Shown: positions 50,223 to 58,279 of the stretch, in pieces | How positions within the stretch are numbered: position 1 is the stretch's first letter | Layout: each line of letters opens with the position of its first letter | Origin: a virus | Strand: one strand, 5' to 3' | IMG/VR virus record: IMGVR_UViG_3300025133_000027 | Coordinates: 64,001-128,000 of that record | Length of the DNA: 64,000 nt | Notes under the pieces: generated by a model | The model's input: only the letters and a program-made list of their open reading frames with translations | Databases searched by the model: none | Told to the model about the DNA's origin: nothing | Translations under genes and position numbers: made by a program

Positions 50223-50243
50223 ACTACTGATCCGATCAGTAGT
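50223..50243. repeat. Perfect intergenic palindrome (10-1-10)
   Basis: actactgatc-c-gatcagtagt. Confidence 0.9.
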
Positions 50244-50248
50244 AAGAT

Positions 50249-50536
50249 ATGTTTATGATTGAATTTATATTATTTACCTTTGGCCTAACACAAATATTAT
50301 TATACGGCTCTATTTTTGATAGAATTCGTCCTGATTGGAATCTGTTTAAGTGTCCTCTTTGTATGGGATTTCATACCGGATGGTTCGGATATTTATTTTT
50401 ATACACTATTAGTATATTCCCTATATTGTCATTACCACATTTATTTGTCTATGCTTTCATAAGTGCTGGTATTAATTATGTATTGGATAGAGTGTTTGAC
50501 GATGATGGAATAAAAATAGATTTAAGCAAACAATAA
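50249..50536 (+). CDS. Small membrane protein with CxxC (DUF1360-like)
   Basis: Hydrophobic helices; SIFDRIR...LFKCPLCMGFH.G. Confidence 0.65.
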   Translation: MFMIEFILFTFGLTQILLYGSIFDRIRPDWNLFKCPLCMGFHTGWFGYLFLYTISIFPILSLPHLFVYAFISAGINYVLDRVFDDDGIKIDLSKQ

Positions 50537-50546
50537 ACTATTTATA
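50537..50546 (+). promoter_or_regulatory. Putative late promoter ACTATTTATA
   Basis: Exact motif, intergenic, followed by AGGA and the ATG at 50557. Confidence 0.65.
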
Positions 50547-50556
50547 AGGAAGAACA

Positions 50557-50682
50557 ATGAATAATCATGTAGAGATAAAATGGTTCCTTCAACCACCAAG
50601 GCTTTGTAAAAAAGGTTGTTATATCGTGCGGGTAACGCCCGCTGGAGAAGTGAATGTCCAAAATCAAACTAAAAGTCTCTGA
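50557..50682 (+). CDS. Small 41-aa ORF not in the ORF track (MNNHVEIKWFLQPPRLCKKGCYIVRVTPAGEVNVQNQTKSL)
   Basis: AAGGA RBS and promoter motif directly upstream; translated by hand. Confidence 0.5.
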   Translation: MNNHVEIKWFLQPPRLCKKGCYIVRVTPAGEVNVQNQTKSL

Positions 50683-50866
50683 CCTAAGAAGGTTGATCAA
50701 AGAAGAGACAGAGAACCTTCATGCGGAAATCCGCAATAACAAAGAAGCCTTACTTGAGTCGCTTGGCGAATTTGAACAAATCGAAACCCAAGAACTTCTT
50801 AGCGAGGCTATCAAGATCATGAGCAACGAGCAGGTTGCTATCTTACTAGGGATGTCAGATGAGTAA
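50654..50866 (+). CDS. Small acidic prohead-associated protein
   Basis: MSKIKLKVSDLRRLIKEE leader and several L/I-x-E sites. Confidence 0.6.
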   Translation: MSKIKLKVSDLRRLIKEETENLHAEIRNNKEALLESLGEFEQIETQELLSEAIKIMSNEQVAILLGMSDE

Positions 50867-51464
50867 TAAATATGTTCTTACAGAGTATCGAGTGTTCGAT
50901 AATAGCCACCCAGAACTATTAACCGAAGCTGAAAAGCTTGAAATGGCTAATGGTTCCGTTATGTATCTCACTGGTGTTATGCAGAGAGCAGACGCTGAGA
51001 ATGGAAATGGAAGAGTCTACCCGATGGAGATTCTTGAGCGTGAAGTTGAGAACTATAAGAAACTCGTAAAAGAGCATCGCTCATATGGTGAATTAGATCA
51101 CCCTGATAGTCCTATTGTAGAACTACAAAAAGCTTCTCACTTCGTAACTCACATTGAGATGAAAGGTAAAGAAGTCATTGGCAAGATTAAGTTGATGGAT
51201 ACCGATACAGGCAGGAACGCTCAAGGTATTGTAAGAAGTGGCGGAATGCTTTCGATTTCATCACGAGGACTTGGCTCTACAACTCAGAAGAATGGTAAGA
51301 CTTATGTTCAAGATGATTACCAATTAGTATGTTTTGATCTTGTCTCAGAGCCTTCAACGGCTGGTGCTTACATGCTTAAGGAAGGAAAAGTTCCTTCAAT
51401 AGATAATAAAGGGGACCGAATCAATAGAGCCCTAAACAACGTATTGCGTTCATGGAATAAATAA
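50859..51464 (+). CDS. gp21: Prohead core protease, T4 gp21-like
   Basis: NGNGRVY, GELDHP, ISSRGLGS, FDLVSEPST. Confidence 0.95.
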   Translation: MSNKYVLTEYRVFDNSHPELLTEAEKLEMANGSVMYLTGVMQRADAENGNGRVYPMEILEREVENYKKLVKEHRSYGELDHPDSPIVELQKASHFVTHIEMKGKEVIGKIKLMDTDTGRNAQGIVRSGGMLSISSRGLGSTTQKNGKTYVQDDYQLVCFDLVSEPSTAGAYMLKEGKVPSIDNKGDRINRALNNVLRSWNK

Positions 51465-51961
51465 TGACCAGTAAGAGAGCTAAAATGAAGATGATGATGA
51501 AGCCGATTATCAAGGAATTGATTGCAGAGCTTCTATTTGAAGAAGGTGTCCTATCTTCTATTATTAGAGAAGTCGCTATTGCTTCTGGTCCAGTTCTCAC
51601 AGAATCAAGAAGCGCTCCTCAACGAAGAGCCAAGGAGCTTCCAGAAGGTGCACAGGCTAGAGAATCTAGAGAAGCCAGTGAGGCTATGATTCGTAAGATT
51701 AGAAACGAAGGCTCAAGAGAAGTAACTTCCTCAAGAGCACGAGACCAGTTTGAAAAATCAGGTATGGGAAGTTTCTTTGAGGGCACTGCACCTCTCAAAA
51801 CAAAGGGTGTTGTCAATGAAGGACGAAGTGGCGGCGGTGGCTTAACTGCTCCAAGCCCACTCGCAGGCATAGACCCTGATGACGAAGGTGTCAACATCGA
51901 CGCGCTTGACAAACTACTCGGAAATAAATGGGGTGAAATCGCTAAAAGGTTGGAGGACTAA
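51464..51961 (+). CDS. Hypothetical prohead core protein
   Basis: KPIIKELIAE/LFEE/VLTE sites; FFEGTAPL, DPDDEGVNI. Confidence 0.6.
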   Translation: MTSKRAKMKMMMKPIIKELIAELLFEEGVLSSIIREVAIASGPVLTESRSAPQRRAKELPEGAQARESREASEAMIRKIRNEGSREVTSSRARDQFEKSGMGSFFEGTAPLKTKGVVNEGRSGGGGLTAPSPLAGIDPDDEGVNIDALDKLLGNKWGEIAKRLED

Positions 51962-52204
51962 TTGAGTAACGAAAGAAAAACACATAAAAAAGCACCTGTT
52001 AACGTTGAGGTTATCAATCATGGACGTGACAGTTTTAAGGTGATCCGAAGATTTATGAAGAAAGTCAAGAATGAAGGACTGATGCAAGAGCTAAGAGATC
52101 GTAGATATTATGAAAAACCATCAGAAAAAAGACGTAAGCGCAAATTAAGAAGGATTAAAGTTCTTAAAAAATTAAGAAAGGAGACAGAAAAAAATGCCGG
52201 ATAG
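51962..52204 (+). CDS. rpsU: Ribosomal protein bS21 (phage-encoded)
   Basis: V.V...S...IRRF.KKV..EG...ELR.RRYYEKPSEKRRKRK; TTG start with GGAGG RBS. Confidence 0.92.
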   Translation: MSNERKTHKKAPVNVEVINHGRDSFKVIRRFMKKVKNEGLMQELRDRRYYEKPSEKRRKRKLRRIKVLKKLRKETEKNAG

Positions 52205-52607
52205 CAATATACAAGTAAGAGTTGGTCTTGGAAATGTTGGTTCTTACCAAGTTAGTGGAGTTCCGTTTGCTTCAAGCTCAATCGCCTGTGCGATAAATTC
52301 TTCAGCACCAACACAAGTTTCATTTCCAAATGTAACTAAAGAAATTATAATTAAAAACACCAGTGGAGTAAGTGTAGATTTGCGTGTCGGGTTTAGTGAA
52401 AATGGAGTATTTGACGCTCTTGGCGAGAAGTATTTCTTTACTCTTGCAAATGGAGAATCTTACAGCTCTTCAGTAAGATGCACAAGTGTATTCTTATTAT
52501 CAGACAGTGGAACTATCCCAGCATCAGCTAGTGTAATAGCCGCTTTAACCGGAATCCCTGCGAGTAGACTACCTGAAAACTGGTCAGGCTCAGTTGGAAT
52601 TGGATAG
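52194..52607 (+). CDS. Small beta-rich Ser/Gly-rich protein, possible capsid-associated
   Basis: GLGNVGSYQVSGVPF; head-module location. Confidence 0.55.
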   Translation: MPDSNIQVRVGLGNVGSYQVSGVPFASSSIACAINSSAPTQVSFPNVTKEIIIKNTSGVSVDLRVGFSENGVFDALGEKYFFTLANGESYSSSVRCTSVFLLSDSGTIPASASVIAALTGIPASRLPENWSGSVGIG

Positions 52608-52632
52608 TTCTGTGGAATTAAAGATTTTGTTA

Positions 52633-52642
52633 ACTATTTATA
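52633..52642 (+). promoter_or_regulatory. Putative late promoter ACTATTTATA
   Basis: Exact motif in the gap before the scaffold/capsid genes, embedded in the inverted repeat taactatt-tat-aatagtta. Confidence 0.65.
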
Positions 52643-52667
52643 ATAGTTATTTAAGGAGAAAATATTA

Positions 52668-53939
52668 ATGTCTTCAATGTTAGGCCAAGCGATAATAGAT
52701 GTAGAAGAACTAAAAAGAATTGCCAAAGAAAAGGCAGAGCAAGATATTATCGAGCAATATTCTTCTAAAGTAAAAAATGTTATGGAGGAGCTTCTTCAGA
52801 AGAGTCTTCTTAACGAAGATGAAACCCCTTTCGAGGATGAAGACCTAGGCGGCATGGACGATATGGGCGGCATGGACGATATGGGTGGCATGGACGATAT
52901 GGGTGGAGAAGCTGGTGGTGATGCTGGCGGGCCTATCGAGTTTGGCGACGGTGGCGACGGTGAAGTCGGTGGAAAAGAAATTGGTGCTAGTGATGATGGT
53001 GATAGCACGCCTTCACTTCCACTTGCTGCTCTTGACGGCGAAACAATCGGAAGCACAACTTTTCCTAGCGAAGATGAGATGATTGAGATTGACTTAGATA
53101 ACATTGGAGAAGAAGAGTTCGGAACCTCCGAGAATGAATTTGGTCAAAAAAGCCCATGGGGACATGATAATGATGACTCTGGTGAAGGCGAGAACGGCGG
53201 AAGCTTCCTGAATGAAAGCGCTGATGGCGTAACCGAAGACAGGATATTTGATCCAAACAAAGAAGAAGACAAAGAAGAAGACAAAGAAGAAGTCCAAGAA
53301 GAAGGCGTTGAAGTAGATTACCAAAATGTAAAAACTCCACATGCTCCCTTCGGCTCCAACAATGAAGAAGACGAGATTAACTTAATGCTCTCACAACTAT
53401 GTGATGAAGCAGAAGAGTTGGAAAGCAAGAACAAAACAATCAAAAAAGAAAGTCGTGCTAAGAGTCAAAAGCTCGCAGAAACTATGAAAACTAACGATAA
53501 TCTTAGGAAAGATATTAAAAAACTAGTTGAAGCTATGAAAATGGTAAACAAGGAACTAGTTACTATAACGAACAATTATGAAAAAAGCAATAAAACTGTA
53601 AAGTCACTTAAAGCTAATTTCAATATGTTACAATCAGAGAGCAAGAAATTGTTCTTTAAAAACCAAGTTCTAGAAGATAGGACCTTGAATGCAAGACAGC
53701 GAAAGCAGATTGTCGAGGCTATTGAAAGAGCGAAGTCAGGTGAAGAAGCGAAAATCGTTTACGAAACGCTTCAAAGCACAGTGGAAGGAAGACGAGTACG
53801 CTCCGAACCGAAATCACTTAGCGAGGCCATGGATAAGAGAGCTTCACCATTGTTGTCAATTAAATCTAGACAACGACCTCTAGAGCCGCCAAAGACAAAC
53901 CATCGTATTACTCGATGGAAAGAATTAGCGGGTATCTAA
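52668..53939 (+). CDS. Prohead scaffolding/core protein (gp22-like)
   Basis: Highly acidic middle, C-terminal coiled coil, RWKELAGI end, many L-x-E sites, directly before the capsid gene. Confidence 0.8.
   Translation: MSSMLGQAIIDVEELKRIAKEKAEQDIIEQYSSKVKNVMEELLQKSLLNEDETPFEDEDLGGMDDMGGMDDMGGMDDMGGEAGGDAGGPIEFGDGGDGEVGGKEIGASDDGDSTPSLPLAALDGETIGSTTFPSEDEMIEIDLDNIGEEEFGTSENEFGQKSPWGHDNDDSGEGENGGSFLNESADGVTEDRIFDPNKEEDKEEDKEEVQEEGVEVDYQNVKTPHAPFGSNNEEDEINLMLSQLCDEAEELESKNKTIKKESRAKSQKLAETMKTNDNLRKDIKKLVEAMKMVNKELVTITNNYEKSNKTVKSLKANFNMLQSESKKLFFKNQVLEDRTLNARQRKQIVEAIERAKSGEEAKIVYETLQSTVEGRRVRSEPKSLSEAMDKRASPLLSIKSRQRPLEPPKTNHRITRWKELAGI
52848..52907 (+). repeat. 18-bp tandem repeat x3 encoding GGMDDM
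   Basis: gg(c/t)ggcatggacgatatg at 52848, 52866 and 52884. Confidence 0.9.
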
Positions 53940-53968
53940 CTAACCAACTTTAAGGAGTTAAATTTATT

Positions 53969-55804
53969 ATGAGTACAATCGTAGAAGCATTAACTCGTGA
54001 TGTTGTACATACAGACCGTAAGGCAGAAGGCGCAGCTCTCATCAAGAAATGGGAGAAAGTCGGCTTGCTAGAAGGTCTTTCAACAGAGCGAAGCAAAATT
54101 AACATGTCGGTTCTATTAGAGAACCAAGCTAAGGAACTTCTTCGTGAAGCTTCCTCAATGAGTGCCGGTGACGTAGAAGGTTTCGCATCAGTTGCGTTCC
54201 CAATCGTCCGTAGGGTATTCGGTGGTCTTATTGCAAACGAGCTAGTCTCGGTTCAACCAATGAGTCTTCCATCTGGTCTTATCTTCTTCCTAGACTTTGT
54301 CTACAGTGGTAACACACCTGAGAAACTACACAACGGCGCAGTTGCCGGTGCATCACTATTCGGTGGTGGCGTAGTTGGTAAGGGAATCACTGGTGGTGTT
54401 GACCTTTCAGGTGATAACGCTGAGACTTCTTTTTATGGCCTTAACAACGGCTTTTCAACTGCTACAGGTAGTATTAATGCGGGTGAAGCAGACACTAACG
54501 TCCAGAATGTCGCTCTCCTTGGAACAGAGACTCTTGTTAGCGATCTATCAGCTCTTGACAAGAAAGTTCTTCGTTATGATCCTGATGTTCTAGGTTCAAC
54601 ACCAAGCGATATTATCGCTGCTGTAGTTGTTACCCTATCTACTGCTGAGATGGCTCAGATTGATGGTAGCAACTTAGTTACTATCGACCTAGTATCTTCA
54701 AGTACAACATCCGACGTTCGTGTTCCTGTTGACGGAGCTCTTGGAGCTACTGAGACTAAGGTTATTCGTAGATTAACTCACAAGGGTGCCTGGGATGCTA
54801 CAGCAACTACACTTTCAGATGAAGATACGAAGATTACTTTTTATCTACAATCCACTACTGCTGGTGGATTGGTTGCTGCTAATGTTGCTGGCAACCCTGG
54901 CTTAGGCAATACACTTAAGTTCTCACGTAAGGATTCGTGGGGTCAGGGTAACTCAGTAGGTTCAGTTCTAGCCGAACTTCTAGTCCAAGAAGGGGCGGGT
55001 TCTAGTTCGGTAGCTGGTGATGAAAAAGATGGTCACAACCGTACCATCTCAGAAATCGACATTAAGCTTGACTCTATCTCGGTAGACGTTAAGACTAAGA
55101 AGTTGAAGGCTAAGTGGACTCCTGAGCTTGCTCAAGACATCAACGCTTACCACAACATCGATGCTGAAGTTGAGCTAACTGGTATTCTTTCAGAGCACGT
55201 TGCTCTTGAAATCGACCAAGAAATCCTTAACGAGCTCGTTTCCGGTGGAACTGGCGGAACTCTTTACTGGAGTCGTCACGCTGGTAACTTCTTGAACCGT
55301 GAAACTGGTGCATCTGTTGTATCAGCTACTGCACCACCTGACTTCACAGGTAACGTGTCAGAATGGTACGAGACTCTTATTGAGACAATCAATGATGTGT
55401 CTGCACGTATCCACAGAAAGACACTTCGCGGTGGAGCTAACTTCCTAGTAACCTCACCTGAAATTGCTAACATTCTTGAGTTCACTAGTGGATTCAGAGC
55501 AACTGTAAACATGGAAGACCTCAAGGGTGGCTCCGTTGGTGCAGAGAAGGTTGGTTCACTTTCACGCAAGTGGGATGTGTATGTTGACCCTTACTTCTAC
55601 CGTAACGTAATTCTGGTAGGACGTAAAGGCAAGTCATTCCTAGAGTCTGGCTTTGTATACGCACCTTACGTGCCACTACAGACTACACCTACTATCTTCG
55701 GAACAGAGGACTTCGTACCACGCAAGGGTATGATGACTCGTTACGCCAAGAAGATGGTTCGTCCTGACATGTATGGCCTTGTTGTAGTGCAAGACTTAGT
55801 ATAA
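53969..55804 (+). CDS. gp23: Major capsid protein, T4 gp23-like
   Basis: KW...LLEG, LLENQ, PIVRR, VQPMSLPSGLIF, KLKAKWTPELAQD, EIDQEI, GANF, YAPYVPL, PRKGMMTRY. Confidence 0.97.
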   Translation: MSTIVEALTRDVVHTDRKAEGAALIKKWEKVGLLEGLSTERSKINMSVLLENQAKELLREASSMSAGDVEGFASVAFPIVRRVFGGLIANELVSVQPMSLPSGLIFFLDFVYSGNTPEKLHNGAVAGASLFGGGVVGKGITGGVDLSGDNAETSFYGLNNGFSTATGSINAGEADTNVQNVALLGTETLVSDLSALDKKVLRYDPDVLGSTPSDIIAAVVVTLSTAEMAQIDGSNLVTIDLVSSSTTSDVRVPVDGALGATETKVIRRLTHKGAWDATATTLSDEDTKITFYLQSTTAGGLVAANVAGNPGLGNTLKFSRKDSWGQGNSVGSVLAELLVQEGAGSSSVAGDEKDGHNRTISEIDIKLDSISVDVKTKKLKAKWTPELAQDINAYHNIDAEVELTGILSEHVALEIDQEILNELVSGGTGGTLYWSRHAGNFLNRETGASVVSATAPPDFTGNVSEWYETLIETINDVSARIHRKTLRGGANFLVTSPEIANILEFTSGFRATVNMEDLKGGSVGAEKVGSLSRKWDVYVDPYFYRNVILVGRKGKSFLESGFVYAPYVPLQTTPTIFGTEDFVPRKGMMTRYAKKMVRPDMYGLVVVQDLV

Positions 55805-55820
55805 TCTAAGATAAACTAAC

Positions 55821-55856
55821 AGAAAAGCCCCTTGGAGAAATCCAAGGGGCTTTTCT
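55821..55856 (+). terminator. Rho-independent terminator (probably bidirectional) after the capsid gene
   Basis: agaaaagccccttgga-gaaa-tccaaggggcttttct: perfect 16-bp stem, GAAA loop, flanking A/T runs. Confidence 0.92.
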
Positions 55857-55876
55857 TGTATTAGGGCTCCTAGCAA

Positions 55877-55886
55877 ACTATTTATA
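55877..55886 (+). promoter_or_regulatory. Putative late promoter ACTATTTATA
   Basis: Exact motif right after the terminator, 16 nt before the ATG at 55903. Confidence 0.7.
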
Positions 55887-55902
55887 TCACTAGAGGACTT
55901 CA

Positions 55903-58254
55903 ATGCTAAAATTAACAATCAATAACAAAAAAAAACTAATAAGTGAAATTAAGGGTAACAACCAAAAACTAGAACAAGTTGTTTCTAGAATGGATAAAGG
56001 ATACCTTGAAGACTATCTTGTAGATATTTTTGGTGATAAAAACAGGTTTGCTGTCCGGTCAGAAGTTAGTCTTGGCCTAACACACCCTGTATGGAAAAAT
56101 ATACTTTCATCGTTTGAGATTGATAAAAAAGGAATTTCTAGGTGGTGGTATTATAATGAATATACTAAAAATACGGAAACTAAAAGTAAAAAACTTGGTA
56201 AGCACTTAACAGATCTTGTTAGGGTGTCTAAGCCTCTGCTGGCAATTCGTGAAAAGAGAGACGAGGACTTTTTCAAGTTGTCGGACTTGAGATTTAATCT
56301 GAGGAAAGTTGCGCAAGATCTTAGGGATGAGGCCATTAATACTTTAAGGTATCCTGGGTCAAGGGCAACCTTGGAGCGGGATGCTGGTGTTCCTTTTAAT
56401 GCAAGAGCGGAAGGTGCCATTATACAATTTTTTGAAATCAATAGAGAAGAATTATACGAAGTTTTTGCTTTCTTTGACAAAATCGCTTTTGGTGCGTTTA
56501 AAGATAATTATGAAGTTTATGCAGAAACAAAAGCTCAAGAAGAGAAAGCTCTTACTCTTATCGGGTTCGTTATTGAAGAGTTTGATTACATTATCGATAA
56601 TCCACAATTATATAATGCATCAATTATGAAACAAAAACTAGGCGCATTAGAGAAGGAAATAGTTAAGAGAAGAGAATGGCTTGCAAGAAATGAAAAACAT
56701 GAAGAGGAAGAGATATCGGCTATAAAAAAGTTTAAAAACTTTGGTGGCGAAAATCGGCTATTAAAAAAGTATCAAACAATGTTAGATTGGTGGAATAAAA
56801 ACTCAGAAGAAGCACTTAGAGATCTCAATGGTGAATCAACTAAAGACCCTGGGTTTGTCTATATCTTTTCAAAACATCCAATTGATGTCCTGAGAATGGG
56901 CGATCATGATGGTATTACATCATGCCACTCCCCATCACAAGGATATTTTAAATGCGCAGTAGCTGATGCGAAAGGTGGCGGTGCTGTCGTATATTTAATC
57001 AACTCAGACCAATATGATGTGCTTAACAGGGTTAATAGCAATTGGGAGAGGAGCAAAGAAGAAATCTTCTTTGATAAAGATCGCCCAGATAACCAAAACA
57101 TGGAAGACGAAATCTCGAAAGGTAAGCTTGTTCCAAGTGCAAGATTCAGAATCCGAAGAATTGTTCATTATGAAAATGGAAGACCTGCAAGAGATTTTGG
57201 CGTGCCAGAGCTTCGAATTTATTCAAATAAGTTTACAGAGATAGGCGAAACTGTTCGGGCGAAGTTTCTAAAAGAAATAACAATAATTCTTAGAGATTTA
57301 CAGAAAGAAGTCTTTCAGGCAGGTTTACCAGATGAAGAAGATCTAAAACTAGCTGGTGGTGATTATCAAGATACACCTCCTTCCAAACTATTCAAAAACT
57401 TCTTTGGATTAGAGTATGTGTCATCATATGTTCTTGATAATCATCCACTTGAGAATAAGGCAAATAGCACAAAACACTTATTTGCTCACTTTAAGAAAAT
57501 ATACGCCATTAATGAGGAATCCGAAGCTCATTCTAACCATACAACTTATAATTTTTATTCAAGCTTTGCCGAACACCCAGAGGATCGGGTATATCCAAAC
57601 GAAACGGGGATGCCTTGGCGGGTGCAGTATTTTGAAGGAGGAAACAATGGAGATTCTCTTCAATTTGACATTGAAGACCCATTTCCAGGACTTGGAACTA
57701 AAGTTGGCTTTCTGATGCCACTCAACAAACACCAATCCAATAGATTTATTATGAGCTCCTATGTTGATCAGGAATTCCGAGGCTTTGTTATTGAACAATT
57801 TGTTAAATCTATATCATCTAAACCTTCTTATCTTAGAGCTAGGTGTTATAACCTAGAAGAAAACAATATTTTTGCTATTGATTTTGATGGAGATAAACAA
57901 GTCTTTAGTTTTCGTGGTATTGAGTTTTCATTTTCAGATTCTAAAGAAGACATATTAAGCAAATTGATAGAACATAGAGATAGCGAAATCAAGGCTTACG
58001 ACAAGGTTAGTCAAAAATCGAAAAGAATTCTGGCCAAAAAGAATATAAACCCGACAAGCATAGTCAATAAAAATTTCGCATCAATCATTGCAACTTTCGA
58101 AAGCACCGACGAGTATTATCTTAAAAGTTTCTTCACTTCACTCGTTCAGAACTATAGAAACTTTAAGAAACAAGAAGCAATTCTTAGAGACGTTATTTTT
58201 GCTATCCAAAAACTTAATCCAGACTTTAGATTTGAATATAAATATTTAGAATGA
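55903..58254 (+). CDS. Hypothetical 783-aa protein, candidate capsid-internal protein
   Basis: N-terminal KKLISE processing-like site; SKHPIDVLRMGDH..ITSCHS...YFKCA motif block. Confidence 0.65.
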   Translation: MLKLTINNKKKLISEIKGNNQKLEQVVSRMDKGYLEDYLVDIFGDKNRFAVRSEVSLGLTHPVWKNILSSFEIDKKGISRWWYYNEYTKNTETKSKKLGKHLTDLVRVSKPLLAIREKRDEDFFKLSDLRFNLRKVAQDLRDEAINTLRYPGSRATLERDAGVPFNARAEGAIIQFFEINREELYEVFAFFDKIAFGAFKDNYEVYAETKAQEEKALTLIGFVIEEFDYIIDNPQLYNASIMKQKLGALEKEIVKRREWLARNEKHEEEEISAIKKFKNFGGENRLLKKYQTMLDWWNKNSEEALRDLNGESTKDPGFVYIFSKHPIDVLRMGDHDGITSCHSPSQGYFKCAVADAKGGGAVVYLINSDQYDVLNRVNSNWERSKEEIFFDKDRPDNQNMEDEISKGKLVPSARFRIRRIVHYENGRPARDFGVPELRIYSNKFTEIGETVRAKFLKEITIILRDLQKEVFQAGLPDEEDLKLAGGDYQDTPPSKLFKNFFGLEYVSSYVLDNHPLENKANSTKHLFAHFKKIYAINEESEAHSNHTTYNFYSSFAEHPEDRVYPNETGMPWRVQYFEGGNNGDSLQFDIEDPFPGLGTKVGFLMPLNKHQSNRFIMSSYVDQEFRGFVIEQFVKSISSKPSYLRARCYNLEENNIFAIDFDGDKQVFSFRGIEFSFSDSKEDILSKLIEHRDSEIKAYDKVSQKSKRILAKKNINPTSIVNKNFASIIATFESTDEYYLKSFFTSLVQNYRNFKKQEAILRDVIFAIQKLNPDFRFEYKYLE

Positions 58255-58264
58255 TCTAGTTATA
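58255..58264 (+). promoter_or_regulatory. Putative late promoter variant (TCTAGTTATA)
   Basis: Intergenic, before the neck gene RBS. Confidence 0.45.
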
Positions 58265-58279
58265 AAAGAGGGACCATAG

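Noticed and set aside
50608-50642. AAAAAAG followed by a GC hairpin as a -1 frameshift signal
   Set aside because: The heptamer is out of register with the translated frame, the spacer is ~13 nt, and both alternative frames hit stops before the next gene.
55927-55935. A9 run near the start of ORF 55903 (also A8 at ~13937, T8 at ~10443) as slippage sites
   Set aside because: Expected in AT-rich Lys/Phe codons; the ORFs are intact.
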